The notes below the pieces were generated by a model. It made no database searches. It was not told where the DNA came from and was given only the letters and a program-made list of their open reading frames with translations. The position numbers were made by a program, and so were the translations under genes. DNA of 64,000 bases from Nitrospirota bacterium (GTDB lineage: Bacteria > Nitrospirota > Thermodesulfovibrionia > Thermodesulfovibrionales > Dissulfurispiraceae), in NCBI GenBank assembly GCA_963790025.1, contig CAWBMP010000004.1, positions 1,056,001 through 1,120,000 of the forward strand, in the 5' to 3' direction. The first letter of the stretch is position 1. Every line of letters starts with the position of its first letter. Below are positions 30,185-39,002 of the stretch, piece after piece.

Positions 30185-30304
30185 GGTGGCACGGTTTGCA
30201 CCGGAACGGGAGGCAAGTTTGCAATGGAATCGGTGGCAGGTTTAAATCGGAACAGCCGGAAGGAATCAAGCGGAACAGGTGGCAGAACTGGTTCGGAAAA
30301 TGCA
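30185..30304 (+). mobile_element. Orphan IS21-family-type terminal repeat array (IS end, no transposase)
   Basis: Five tandem ~23-bp units GGTGGC-N~10-CGGAA ending ...CGGAAAATGCA, 9 bp from the traB stop. Confidence 0.7.
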
Positions 30305-30313
30305 CCTGCCTCA

Positions 30314-31564
30314 TTACTTTATCCACGTCATCTCCCTCATATTTGACCCATGATAATCATCAGGTATATGCACTGCACCCGAGAATACAATTTGCACCCT
30401 GTCCGTTGGTTTGATCTCAACGAATGGCAGAAACTTATCTGCCCTTTGTTCCAATTTTGAGGCGAGTTTTTCGGCAGCATTACTGGCACCACTGTAGAGA
30501 CCTTCGCGTATGGCACTGCCGGTAATGCTCGAAGTGACGACACCTGTTGAAGCGCTTACGGAAGTCGTCGTTTCCCCTATGGCTAATCCCTTTGAAATCC
30601 CGGAGGCAAAAGAAGCTAAAATAAGCTCTGCAATATAGGGACCTGATCTCTCATCTACTCTTCCTTTCAGGCCGATGAGTCCATCGCTCAAATCGACAAT
30701 ATACCCGTCAACAGCCTGCTCAATATACTCTCCGCCTATATAACAGTTTAAAGTTTTAGCCTGCATATATACCCTTGCAGCTGATAGATCTGCACTTGCG
30801 GCAGCAATGATTGCACAATCCTTTATCGGGCGGCTTGTTGCATTTGGGCCAATAGATGCAGAGGTGATATCTATAACAACAGGATAGGGAAGTCCCGAGA
30901 CTGCAGCTACGCCATGCGAGAGCGAACCTAGTGCACGGGAGCCTCCCAGCAGGTTTTTCTCACGCTCCTTTTTATTCTCCTGAGAAGTTCCTGCAGTATA
31001 AAGTTGTGTACGCTGGGTTGCCGGCAATGCCGGCGGGGGCAATACCCTTTGCATTGGCTGATAAGCTGGAATATTGGCCTTTTTTTGTTCTTGTGCTGCC
31101 ATAAAGTTCACAGCTTCGCCAGGGCTTGTAAAAGCCGGGGCTCGTTTCTGCGCGTCAGCCGCCGAAAGCTGGCCCCCGGATCCAGCCCATAACTGCTGTG
31201 CGGATACCGGCGGTTGAAGTTTAATTTCTTCCTTCAGCCCCTTGCCTTTCAGTTCCTGATTCTCCTTCGTAAGATTTAAAATCTTTTCCTGGTCAGCTTT
31301 GCCTTTGTCGCTCAACAACCTGTTTGCTTCAGCAATATCTTCCCTTGATTGGTTTTGGCTTTTTATGTTATATTTTTTTGCGCCATTCAATCCGGCAGGT
31401 CCGGCTATTAGAGCATGAATAACGGCAACACTGATAAAAATTATCACAATAGTTGCCATAGTTCTCGGCAGACTGCCAAAAAAAAATCTGCGAATGCCGG
31501 ATCCCCGTCTTTCAGGTGATATTTTTTCCATTTCAATCGGTTCCGACGCATTCATATCATGCAT
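30314..31564 (-). CDS. traB: TraB/VirB10-like T4SS core protein
   Basis: TM, coiled coil, Pro-rich linker; C.II..A.ADLS..RVY....L.C; DGYIVD..DG.IGLKGRV. Confidence 0.85.
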   Translation of the reverse strand: MHDMNASEPIEMEKISPERRGSGIRRFFFGSLPRTMATIVIIFISVAVIHALIAGPAGLNGAKKYNIKSQNQSREDIAEANRLLSDKGKADQEKILNLTKENQELKGKGLKEEIKLQPPVSAQQLWAGSGGQLSAADAQKRAPAFTSPGEAVNFMAAQEQKKANIPAYQPMQRVLPPPALPATQRTQLYTAGTSQENKKEREKNLLGGSRALGSLSHGVAAVSGLPYPVVIDITSASIGPNATSRPIKDCAIIAAASADLSAARVYMQAKTLNCYIGGEYIEQAVDGYIVDLSDGLIGLKGRVDERSGPYIAELILASFASGISKGLAIGETTTSVSASTGVVTSSITGSAIREGLYSGASNAAEKLASKLEQRADKFLPFVEIKPTDRVQIVFSGAVHIPDDYHGSNMREMTWIK

Positions 31565-31569
31565 ATGCT

Positions 31570-32388
31570 TTATTGTCCTCCGGGGATAATAACTAGGTAA
31601 ACAAGCATTTTATGCTGCCCCGCAGCTGCCTTTTCAGCATCCCGCGGAGTCGGGGCCATATAGCCGCCCTCTCTTTCAAATGCCACAGCCACTACATTAG
31701 GACCTACAAAGTCCTGCTCCGATATTACCAATGGCAGAATTGACTTATTCTTCAGTTCAACAATAAAACCTGTAAAAAAGGAAGATAGATATACTTTTTT
31801 AACTATCGCTTCCATTAGACCGTTCTTACTAAATTTTTTTAGGAGTTGGTCTCGTTCAGAAACGGAAAATCCTGCAAGCGGCTCATCCCCCGCCATTGCG
31901 ACCGTCAGCGTTACAGGATCTATATCCTTAGTTAAACGCTGCTCTTCCTGGACCTTTTGTTCAATGACCTGCCTCATATCCATTATATCAACAACAAAGT
32001 CGTTGCTTTTAGACGATATTTTAACCAGAACAGGATATGTAACACCCGGGGCCGAGACGAATATCTGCGTTTCCGTCAAATCTGCTGTAAGTATTTTGAC
32101 AAAAACTGTCTTTTCTCTTATCTGAACATCAATGCTCTCGGTGGCCTTTATGACTTCCTGTATCGGAAGCGGAAAATTAACCTGTACTGCCTTATTCACT
32201 CCCGTATTTATCAGAATGACCTCGCCGTTCCATTCAACAAATCGCTTACCGTCCATCGCGATGGCAGAAGAAGGCAAAAGGCCAAAGGGCAAAGAAGGGC
32301 TAAAGTCTAAAGGCAAAAAACAAATAACTAAAGGCAGAAAGAAAACGGAAAACAAACTTCTATATTTTATTTTTTGTTTTTTATTCAA
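31570..32388 (-). CDS. traK: TraK-like T4SS outer-membrane core protein
   Basis: Signal peptide, V.FP.PI, TQIFV....TYP, LKN....LV.SEQDF..P.VVAVA; between traE and traB. Confidence 0.7.
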   Translation of the reverse strand: MNKKQKIKYRSLFSVFFLPLVICFLPLDFSPSLPFGLLPSSAIAMDGKRFVEWNGEVILINTGVNKAVQVNFPLPIQEVIKATESIDVQIREKTVFVKILTADLTETQIFVSAPGVTYPVLVKISSKSNDFVVDIMDMRQVIEQKVQEEQRLTKDIDPVTLTVAMAGDEPLAGFSVSERDQLLKKFSKNGLMEAIVKKVYLSSFFTGFIVELKNKSILPLVISEQDFVGPNVVAVAFEREGGYMAPTPRDAEKAAAGQHKMLVYLVIIPGGQ

Positions 32389-32463
32389 TTTATGCCTTTT
32401 TTGTCATATTTTAGCCATTTGCCTATTGCCTTCCTTTGTCTCTTGCGTTTTGCCTGCACTCCT

Positions 32464-33066
32464 TCATTCATGTTCTGACAGTTGTCCCTTTCTCATTTCT
32501 GTAATATGAAACCCGAAAATATTCACATCATTAGGTGCTGTAGCCTCCAAAAAAACCTCATAATAGTACCTCTCTGTCTTCTTGACCTCTCCTGCACCCA
32601 GCACACTTCTCTTGCCCTTAATAGTAACTATGTATGCCTTTTCATCGATCTTCCTGATTTCATGTGTTTCAGGAGAAAATAAAAAACTGATATCGCCGGC
32701 CCTTAATGAATCGATAACTATTTTCTGCTCCTCATAGAACTTTGATCTGTATACAGGGCTCAGATATCTCGAGGACCGCTTTGTCACAAGATCGGCAGTA
32801 TCGGATGTGACGGATGCAATAAGCAAAACAAAATTTTCAGCTATACTCAACACTACATCCTCTATTGCCTCGCCGGGTGTATAAATTCCCGGCTTGGCCC
32901 CGGGGACTATATATGCGCGCCTTGGGGTCTGAGATGATTTTACTAGGGCAAATGCCAGGAATACAACAACGACCAGAAGAATGATCGACATCATTTTCCA
33001 CGCTGCTCCCTCGCCGGCATACTTCGCAATCAGAATCCACGATTTTTTTTCAGAACAAAAAGACAT
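32464..33066 (-). CDS. traE: TraE-like T4SS protein
   Basis: One N-terminal TM, YIVPG, YLSP, NIFGFHIT C-terminal motif; between traL and traK. Confidence 0.75.
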   Translation of the reverse strand: MSFCSEKKSWILIAKYAGEGAAWKMMSIILLVVVVFLAFALVKSSQTPRRAYIVPGAKPGIYTPGEAIEDVVLSIAENFVLLIASVTSDTADLVTKRSSRYLSPVYRSKFYEEQKIVIDSLRAGDISFLFSPETHEIRKIDEKAYIVTIKGKRSVLGAGEVKKTERYYYEVFLEATAPNDVNIFGFHITEMRKGQLSEHE

Positions 33067-33075
33067 ACGCTCCTT

Positions 33076-33393
33076 TTAGGGTGAATACAATCTTTTCCCC
33101 GGCGCCATAAGATGGTTAGCCCGCATTTTGTCATTCCACACTCCATACTTATGCATAATATGGCGTATATATCCTACCGGCCTTACTTCGGCAATTTTTT
33201 TAAGTATAAAAGCAATAAACAGCCCGATCATGACTGGGATAATTATGCCGAAGATCGACTGCTGGAATCCGGCGCTCTTAAAGACAACTATAAGCATCGA
33301 GACAAAAACTATAACAATGGCCAGATCATCCGCCTGCAGGCCAAAAAAAAGCAGCGGCATGTTGAGTGCTTTAGGTACACGGTAACGCATCAC
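33076..33393 (-). CDS. traL: TraL (VirB3-like)
   Basis: YRVPKALNMPLLFFGLQADD, two TM, GYIRH..HKYG. Confidence 0.8.
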   Translation of the reverse strand: MMRYRVPKALNMPLLFFGLQADDLAIVIVFVSMLIVVFKSAGFQQSIFGIIIPVMIGLFIAFILKKIAEVRPVGYIRHIMHKYGVWNDKMRANHLMAPGKRLYSP

Positions 33394-33399
33394 TGACCT

Positions 33400-33726
33400 C
33401 TACTGGCCGGTCACTGCTTTTGCAGGAACATTTGCCACATCAGGAAATAAGAGGCCTATAAATGCAATTAGAACATGAGGAGCAACACCGACCACAATAC
33501 ATCCAAACAGAATGCCTATGTTCTTCCCGCTCATAAAGTATTCGACGATGCCGATTATTCCCGCCGCTATAGTAAACAGTGCACCATAGATGCCAGTGAT
33601 GGCGCCTTTAGCCGTGCCATACACATCATTTAAAGCCATTGCATAAGATGAATCTGCATTAGCCAGAATACCAATACCTACAATCACCCCTACCGCAACC
33701 CAATCCACAGCCGTAAACTTGCTCAC
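33400..33726 (-). CDS. traA: TraA/TrbC/VirB2-type conjugative pilin
   Basis: Signal peptide ending SSYA then two hydrophobic helices; directly upstream of traL. Confidence 0.65.
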   Translation of the reverse strand: MSKFTAVDWVAVGVIVGIGILANADSSYAMALNDVYGTAKGAITGIYGALFTIAAGIIGIVEYFMSGKNIGILFGCIVVGVAPHVLIAFIGLLFPDVANVPAKAVTGQ

Positions 33727-33735
33727 GTTGTCCTC

Positions 33736-34089
33736 CTATTTTGAGTTGATAATATCTTCGAGGAAGTAATCTCCCTCGATCTTGAAGGGGATGTAATCCC
33801 CTGTAAGCTTTTCATTTCTCGGGTAAAGATATGCTTCGAGGTCTTTTTCAATAAGCTCTATATCCGTCAGCAATTTGCCGTAATCAAAACTCGGCAGGTT
33901 ATTGGCCGATCTCGATTTTTCGGTGTAAAAAAGCGCCTGTTCCAGAGAAAAATAGGCCCTTTGAAGATAAGAAAGCGACCTTGCCTCACTATAGTTCCTT
34001 GTCTGAGGCATTTCGCTCAAAGACTCACCATAGATAGGCGTCGCTAAAAAGAGTGCGCTGCAAATAAAAGGTAATATATATTTTTTCAT
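33736..34089 (-). CDS. RAQPRD-family ICE protein
   Basis: Signal peptide; FDYGKLLTDIELIEKDLEAYLYPR matches the family FDY.RL..D...I..G...YL.P motif. Confidence 0.65.
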   Translation of the reverse strand: MKKYILPFICSALFLATPIYGESLSEMPQTRNYSEARSLSYLQRAYFSLEQALFYTEKSRSANNLPSFDYGKLLTDIELIEKDLEAYLYPRNEKLTGDYIPFKIEGDYFLEDIINSK

Positions 34090-34110
34090 CTGTATCTCCG
34101 TGATATAATA

Positions 34111-34674
34111 TTACGTGGCTGAATATTGATATGATGTTTGTTCAAATACTATCAGGTTTTCAGCTATAATCCTTCCGTTCCCGATGAGGCCCTGTACGAG
34201 CACTACATCTCCCGTCCGTATTTTAGACATTTTCAACTTCATCATTTCTTCTGATGTTTCTATGACATGAGTGACAATAAATGTTTTAGTCTTTCTGGGC
34301 TCTTTCGTTTCCATGACAAATCTCATGTATTCATCTACCGAAAATGGGGCTTTTTTGACAGTTCCTATCAAAGTAGCATCATTAATATCCTGGTTCCCAA
34401 AATTAATCAACTCGACAACTATTATTGATCTGGAGCCAGATATCGGACCATTGACATAAACAATATCGTCGATCCTTATTTTCGAGAGTATCTCCATCAG
34501 TCGCTCATCTTTTGTTTCTATTAGATGGGGGCAAGCCAAAACTTTATTCCCTTTTAAAACCCTGGTCTCCATTGTAAACGTCATTCTGTCATGCTCGCGA
34601 GCCGCCGGCGAGGTGACTCTTCCGGTCAGTCTGTTGTCATTTACATTTCTGTTGACTTCAAAATTATTCCGCAT
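34111..34674 (-). CDS. Tandem OB-fold (SSB/PriB-like) protein
   Basis: Two internal ~80-aa repeats: ND..L.G.V....M.F.MET....H.IET....SKIR..D.V.V.G.I. Confidence 0.6.
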   Translation of the reverse strand: MRNNFEVNRNVNDNRLTGRVTSPAAREHDRMTFTMETRVLKGNKVLACPHLIETKDERLMEILSKIRIDDIVYVNGPISGSRSIIVVELINFGNQDINDATLIGTVKKAPFSVDEYMRFVMETKEPRKTKTFIVTHVIETSEEMMKLKMSKIRTGDVVLVQGLIGNGRIIAENLIVFEQTSYQYSAT

Positions 34675-34871
34675 TGTTTATTCCCTTGCATTGAATTTTT
34701 GATAAGACGTTATCACTCCGATTGAACTCTTAATATCCCTCTCATAAATACTACTTTTGATAATTTTGTTTGTCGGATAGGTTGCCGAGCTTTATGGTAT
34801 TCGAAGTAGTTCGTGTTTAGAAACCAAAATCCGAAAATAAAAGGGGGAGGTTATGGTTGAGGAAAGAGAAC

Positions 34872-35504
34872 TTAGGCTATGAGGCTATTTTTAATCGCAT
34901 AATTTGTCAATTCGGCATTGTTCTTCAACTTCATTTTTTCAAGAATACGGCTTCTATATGTGCTGATTGTCTTGACACTCAGAGACAACTGCTCTGCAAT
35001 TTCGCTTGCAGTTTTGCCGGAGGCGATCATGCACAATACCTGATACTCTCTGTCTGAGAGGATTTCGTGAGGTTCCTTTTTTGTGTCCTCATCAAGATTG
35101 ATGGCCAGTTTTTCTGCCAGAGGAGGGCTGACATATTTTCTGCCGGCAGCTACAGTACGTATGGCTGTTACCAGTTCTTCCGGTGCGCTATCCTTTGTCA
35201 TGTATCCGGACGCCCCTGATCTCAAAACTCTTATTGCATATTGATCTTCCGGGTACATGCTGAGCATCAGGACGTGAAGGCTGGGGTATTCATTTTTTAT
35301 CTCCTTCAAGGCATCAAGCCCGCTTTTGCCAGGCATAGAGATATCAAGCACTATCACTGAATAATCGTTTTTCCTTATTTTATCAATCGCTTCATAAGCA
35401 CTGCCTGCTTCGTCTACTATGGTCATGTCTGGAACACCCGATAGGATTTGACGCAACCCCGCGCGAACAACGGAATGATCATCTGCAATAAGTATCTTAA
35501 TCAT
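34872..35504 (-). CDS. NarL/UvrY-family response regulator (orphan)
   Basis: ILIADDH.VVRAGL, VLDISMPG, LSDREYQVL..IASGK...EIA..LSLSVKT.STYR. Confidence 0.95.
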   Translation of the reverse strand: MIKILIADDHSVVRAGLRQILSGVPDMTIVDEAGSAYEAIDKIRKNDYSVIVLDISMPGKSGLDALKEIKNEYPSLHVLMLSMYPEDQYAIRVLRSGASGYMTKDSAPEELVTAIRTVAAGRKYVSPPLAEKLAINLDEDTKKEPHEILSDREYQVLCMIASGKTASEIAEQLSLSVKTISTYRSRILEKMKLKNNAELTNYAIKNSLIA

Positions 35505-35665
35505 GAGCGATTATAACATATGCGCTAGCAAATAGATTATATTTGCTTATAATAACAAATAGATCGCATCTAATGTATATGCTGTAAGGAACTATTTCAT
35601 TGGCAGTGTTAATCCTATACCCAAATCCGGCGCTAAGGGCCTAAGTCATAATTTATAGACCGTCG

Positions 35666-36418
35666 CTATTTGGTATCGTTCGGCATTACTAGCTGACTGC
35701 ATTTGAGCACCTTGCCGTAATCCGTAAAATAACTGTCGGCTTCTTCTCTCGTCTCGGCACATGCTATTACGGTGCTATGTATAGCGTTCATGCATTCGGC
35801 CTTAAAAAGCTTCAGTCCCATTGCATTAATTTCGGATACGAGCTGCTTAAATATTTTGTTTGAAAGTGTAGTTTTTCTCCTGCACCCGTACATTTTCTCA
35901 AGCTCATTTATTGCGGGTTTGCAATAGTGCTGACGTGTTAAAAGTCTCAGTGTATCCAATACCCTTTTCGATACAGCTTTATCATTGAAGGACTTAATGC
36001 AAACATGAAACTCGTTTTTTTCTCTGCTGACAGACTCCATCTCATATTTTTTCCACGAGACATCCCGGTCGTGCCCTCTCCCGTCGGTTTCTCCGGGCTT
36101 GAAAACAGTCCGCTCGAAATCTATGTCCCGTAATTCTTCATTACAGGCCGGCCAGTTTCTCTGACTCGAAATTTCGCCGCCATCCAGCCCACGGATACTT
36201 TCAAAGCCCTTTTTCAGATACCAGACAAAGACCGTAGTGTCCTTAGTCTTTTGGAATTGATCTCTCTTATATACTTTGGCCTGCAGTCCGGCAAGATATG
36301 CAATTGACATCGCTTCCATTTCGTTGAAATGAGGCCCGAGCCGCTTTCTTGCAATTTTGATTATAATTCCCTTATTCATTTCGAGGAATTGCTCTATTTT
36401 TTTATTTGCGTTGACCAT
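35666..36418 (-). CDS. Hypothetical protein with sigma70 region-2-like N-terminus
   Basis: GIIIKIARKR....EAMSIAYLAGLQA.....KTKDTTVFVWYLKK resembles sigma region 2; region 4 not clear. Confidence 0.4.
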   Translation of the reverse strand: MVNANKKIEQFLEMNKGIIIKIARKRLGPHFNEMEAMSIAYLAGLQAKVYKRDQFQKTKDTTVFVWYLKKGFESIRGLDGGEISSQRNWPACNEELRDIDFERTVFKPGETDGRGHDRDVSWKKYEMESVSREKNEFHVCIKSFNDKAVSKRVLDTLRLLTRQHYCKPAINELEKMYGCRRKTTLSNKIFKQLVSEINAMGLKLFKAECMNAIHSTVIACAETREEADSYFTDYGKVLKCSQLVMPNDTK

Positions 36419-37893
36419 AACAGTCCCCCCCAGTTAGACGATTGCTGCATGCCGGACATTGTACCGTAAATTTTTTCCAGCGAAATTATTCTGCTGTTGA
36501 TACCATTGTTGTTGATATCCATGCCATTGATACTGTCTTTGAAATCTTCAAATTTTTCTTTAGTCCTTAGGCTCGTCAGCCCATTATCGTCTCCCCATTC
36601 AAGTACTGACAACAGGGCAAATATGCTATTTACCGTTAATTGTTTGAGAATACCCCCATCTTTTTCCGAAACATCAGGGATTGCCTGAATGTGTTCATTA
36701 ATATGAGTCACCATAAAACTCACATATTTTTCAAATTCCAAACGAAGCCTTTCTGTTGTAAATTCACATTGGTAGTTACAGGCCTCCGTTCTCTTTTTCA
36801 GCAGTTCTTCTTTTTGTTTTAGCTGGTCATTCTTCTTCAAAAGCTCTTTTCTTTGTATTTGCAATTCTTCTTTTGCGGCCTTTAATTCATAGTGTAATCC
36901 CTCCATTTCCATTGCGTAGCTTCCGTCCTTGATGATTCCGGCCACACCGGGGAACTTTTTCGCGAGAAGCGGTAAAACAGTGATTTTGATCTCGTGGTCA
37001 GTTGCGTCGTTAACTTCAAGCAGACGAATTGCATCATAAATTTCATTTATGCTTTTCTGTGCTGATGCAGAGGCCGTCTCACACTCAACTGACGGCTCAG
37101 AGCGTTCCTCCGTATTTTTTCCATCTGATTCATTTTCTTTTGCGTCAAGAGCATTTGAAGATCCCTCTACTGACTTCCATTTATATGTCGGGCCATTATT
37201 ATCAGTGATACTTGCGGCCACTGTTTCATTATCATTTGGGTGCTTTTTTGTGACTTCATTTATCAATCTCCGTGCGGTTGTTCTTGACACCCCTGTTTCG
37301 TTGATGATTTTCTTTACGGACGCTCCCTGGACCAATAAAGTTTTTACTTGTTCTTTTTTACTGACTCTCGCACACACTGCCTTCACTTTTCTTTCTTTTA
37401 CTTCATTTTGAAGCCATCTGTATATGGTGGCTTTACCTGCAATGCCCGTTGCTATAATTTCAGCGCCTGTACAACCATAAATGTTCATTTTTTGTACAGC
37501 GTCTTTTCGTTCTTCGTTGCTCAGTGCCATGCCGTGACTTGCATTCGATTCACATGCCTTCATCAATAAATGTTTTTTAACCTCGTAAGTGTTTAATTCT
37601 GATTCTGAAATTGATATATCGGTACGAATTCTTGCTTTAATCTTCTTCATCTTAATTTCTTTTTGTGCCAGCAACCTGTGGACGCCGTCTTCCAGCGCAA
37701 ATACTTCTTTTCCAGGGTCTCCCGTCTGTACCAGCGAGACTTCAACAGGTGGAATTTCAAAGATAAGGTCTTCCTTTTTTTGAGAATAAATTTCCCTGAA
37801 AAACGCAATTCTTGAGTTATCGATTTTTGTTCTGGGGCTGGTACCGTCAACAATAAGAACTGAATTAACTGAAACCTCTTTTGTGTAAAACAC
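36394..37893 (-). CDS. ParB-N/StrR-like DNA-binding protein with two HTH-like segments and a coiled coil
   Basis: IPPVEV..LEDGVHRLLA; NASHGMALSNEERKDAV; KATIYRW; TGVSRTTARR. Confidence 0.7.
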   Translation of the reverse strand: MFYTKEVSVNSVLIVDGTSPRTKIDNSRIAFFREIYSQKKEDLIFEIPPVEVSLVQTGDPGKEVFALEDGVHRLLAQKEIKMKKIKARIRTDISISESELNTYEVKKHLLMKACESNASHGMALSNEERKDAVQKMNIYGCTGAEIIATGIAGKATIYRWLQNEVKERKVKAVCARVSKKEQVKTLLVQGASVKKIINETGVSRTTARRLINEVTKKHPNDNETVAASITDNNGPTYKWKSVEGSSNALDAKENESDGKNTEERSEPSVECETASASAQKSINEIYDAIRLLEVNDATDHEIKITVLPLLAKKFPGVAGIIKDGSYAMEMEGLHYELKAAKEELQIQRKELLKKNDQLKQKEELLKKRTEACNYQCEFTTERLRLEFEKYVSFMVTHINEHIQAIPDVSEKDGGILKQLTVNSIFALLSVLEWGDDNGLTSLRTKEKFEDFKDSINGMDINNNGINSRIISLEKIYGTMSGMQQSSNWGGLLWSTQIKK

Positions 37894-38000
37894 TTTTCCC
37901 TCCTTTGAAACACTCTTATTAAATATGAAAGCATACTAATTTTTAGACCGAATATAGTCTCGATGGCTGACCTGTCAAAGATAGGACGCCATTGAGATAA

Positions 38001-38060
38001 CTAACATGTTAGATATTTTACGTGTTTAGAATGACAGTTATGTTAACATAATAATATTAT
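38001..38060. promoter_or_regulatory. Palindromic operator-like sites in the divergent parB-like/xre spacer
   Basis: Perfect palindromes CTAACATGTTAG (38001-38012), TTATGTTAACATAA (38038-38051), ATAATATTAT (38051-38060). Confidence 0.35.
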
Positions 38061-38224
38061 ATTTTCATTATTATTTCTTAATTGAGCAGTGACATCTTAA
38101 CGTTCTTTGAAATAACACACATTTTGTTTCACATTTCCTTTTTAAAACCATATGGTTGGATGTCGAAAGGTGCCGGAAAGAGGTATTATTGTTTTTTTTC
38201 TTTTTATTGTTTATCATTGTAGGC

Positions 38225-38890
38225 ATGGCACTTTGGGATTCCATAAAAGAGATCAGACAAAAAGCGCAGCAAACTCAAAAAGAGTTCGCAGATGCAATAG
38301 GTTACACACCCGAGTACATCTCTAATATTGAGCGTTCCCCTGATATAACGCGCAGGATTGCAACGGAAAAGATGATAAAGAAAATTGCAGAAATATATAC
38401 GAAAACTGATGAGGAAAGAATCTCTCTAGAAAGAAAGCTGCTGCTTGAGCGGGCACAGGCAACTGTAAGTCCGGAAGTTGCAATGCATTTTTTAATGGAT
38501 GAGAAGAAACTGTCCACTTATCAGTCAGAGGATGGTATGCCACTCTCATTTATTAAGCGATTAAAAAAAGATTTGTTGAATGTCGAGAACGAAAACACCT
38601 TTTTCAATTCTCTTCAAACAGTTTCAAAAGATGTCGTTGAAGAAAGCCTGAACGGCATGCGCCTCCTCCCTCGAAAAGCGGTTGTAGAAATCGCACGGTT
38701 GTTGGGCCAGTCGATTGAAGAATATTTAATTCTCGCTGATTATATGCCGAGCGAGTTAAAATCGCTCATTATGCACAAAGGGATGAACAATATGTTTCGC
38801 ACTATGAGTGAACTGGACTCAGAAGAACTTGATGCCATGATCGATGTATTTTCGAGTGTTTTGAGAATGCGCAAGAAAAAGAATGAATAG
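38225..38890 (+). CDS. XRE-family HTH transcriptional regulator
   Basis: IKEIRQKAQQTQKEFADAIGYTPEYISNIER; start moved to ATG 38225; divergent from the island operon. Confidence 0.85.
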   Translation: MALWDSIKEIRQKAQQTQKEFADAIGYTPEYISNIERSPDITRRIATEKMIKKIAEIYTKTDEERISLERKLLLERAQATVSPEVAMHFLMDEKKLSTYQSEDGMPLSFIKRLKKDLLNVENENTFFNSLQTVSKDVVEESLNGMRLLPRKAVVEIARLLGQSIEEYLILADYMPSELKSLIMHKGMNNMFRTMSELDSEELDAMIDVFSSVLRMRKKKNE

Positions 38891-39002
38891 CAACTCGCTG
38901 GACGACTAACGTGCATATAAAGTATGGATAAAATCGGAAAAATCGTAATTCAACAGCTTGCTGAGGGATTTATTGAGCAGTGGGAGATAAACCCTGATTT
39001 TA

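Noticed and set aside
30185..30304. Possible CRISPR array
   Set aside because: Units are contiguous, degenerate 23-mers with no unique spacers and no cas genes; an IS21-type end fits better.
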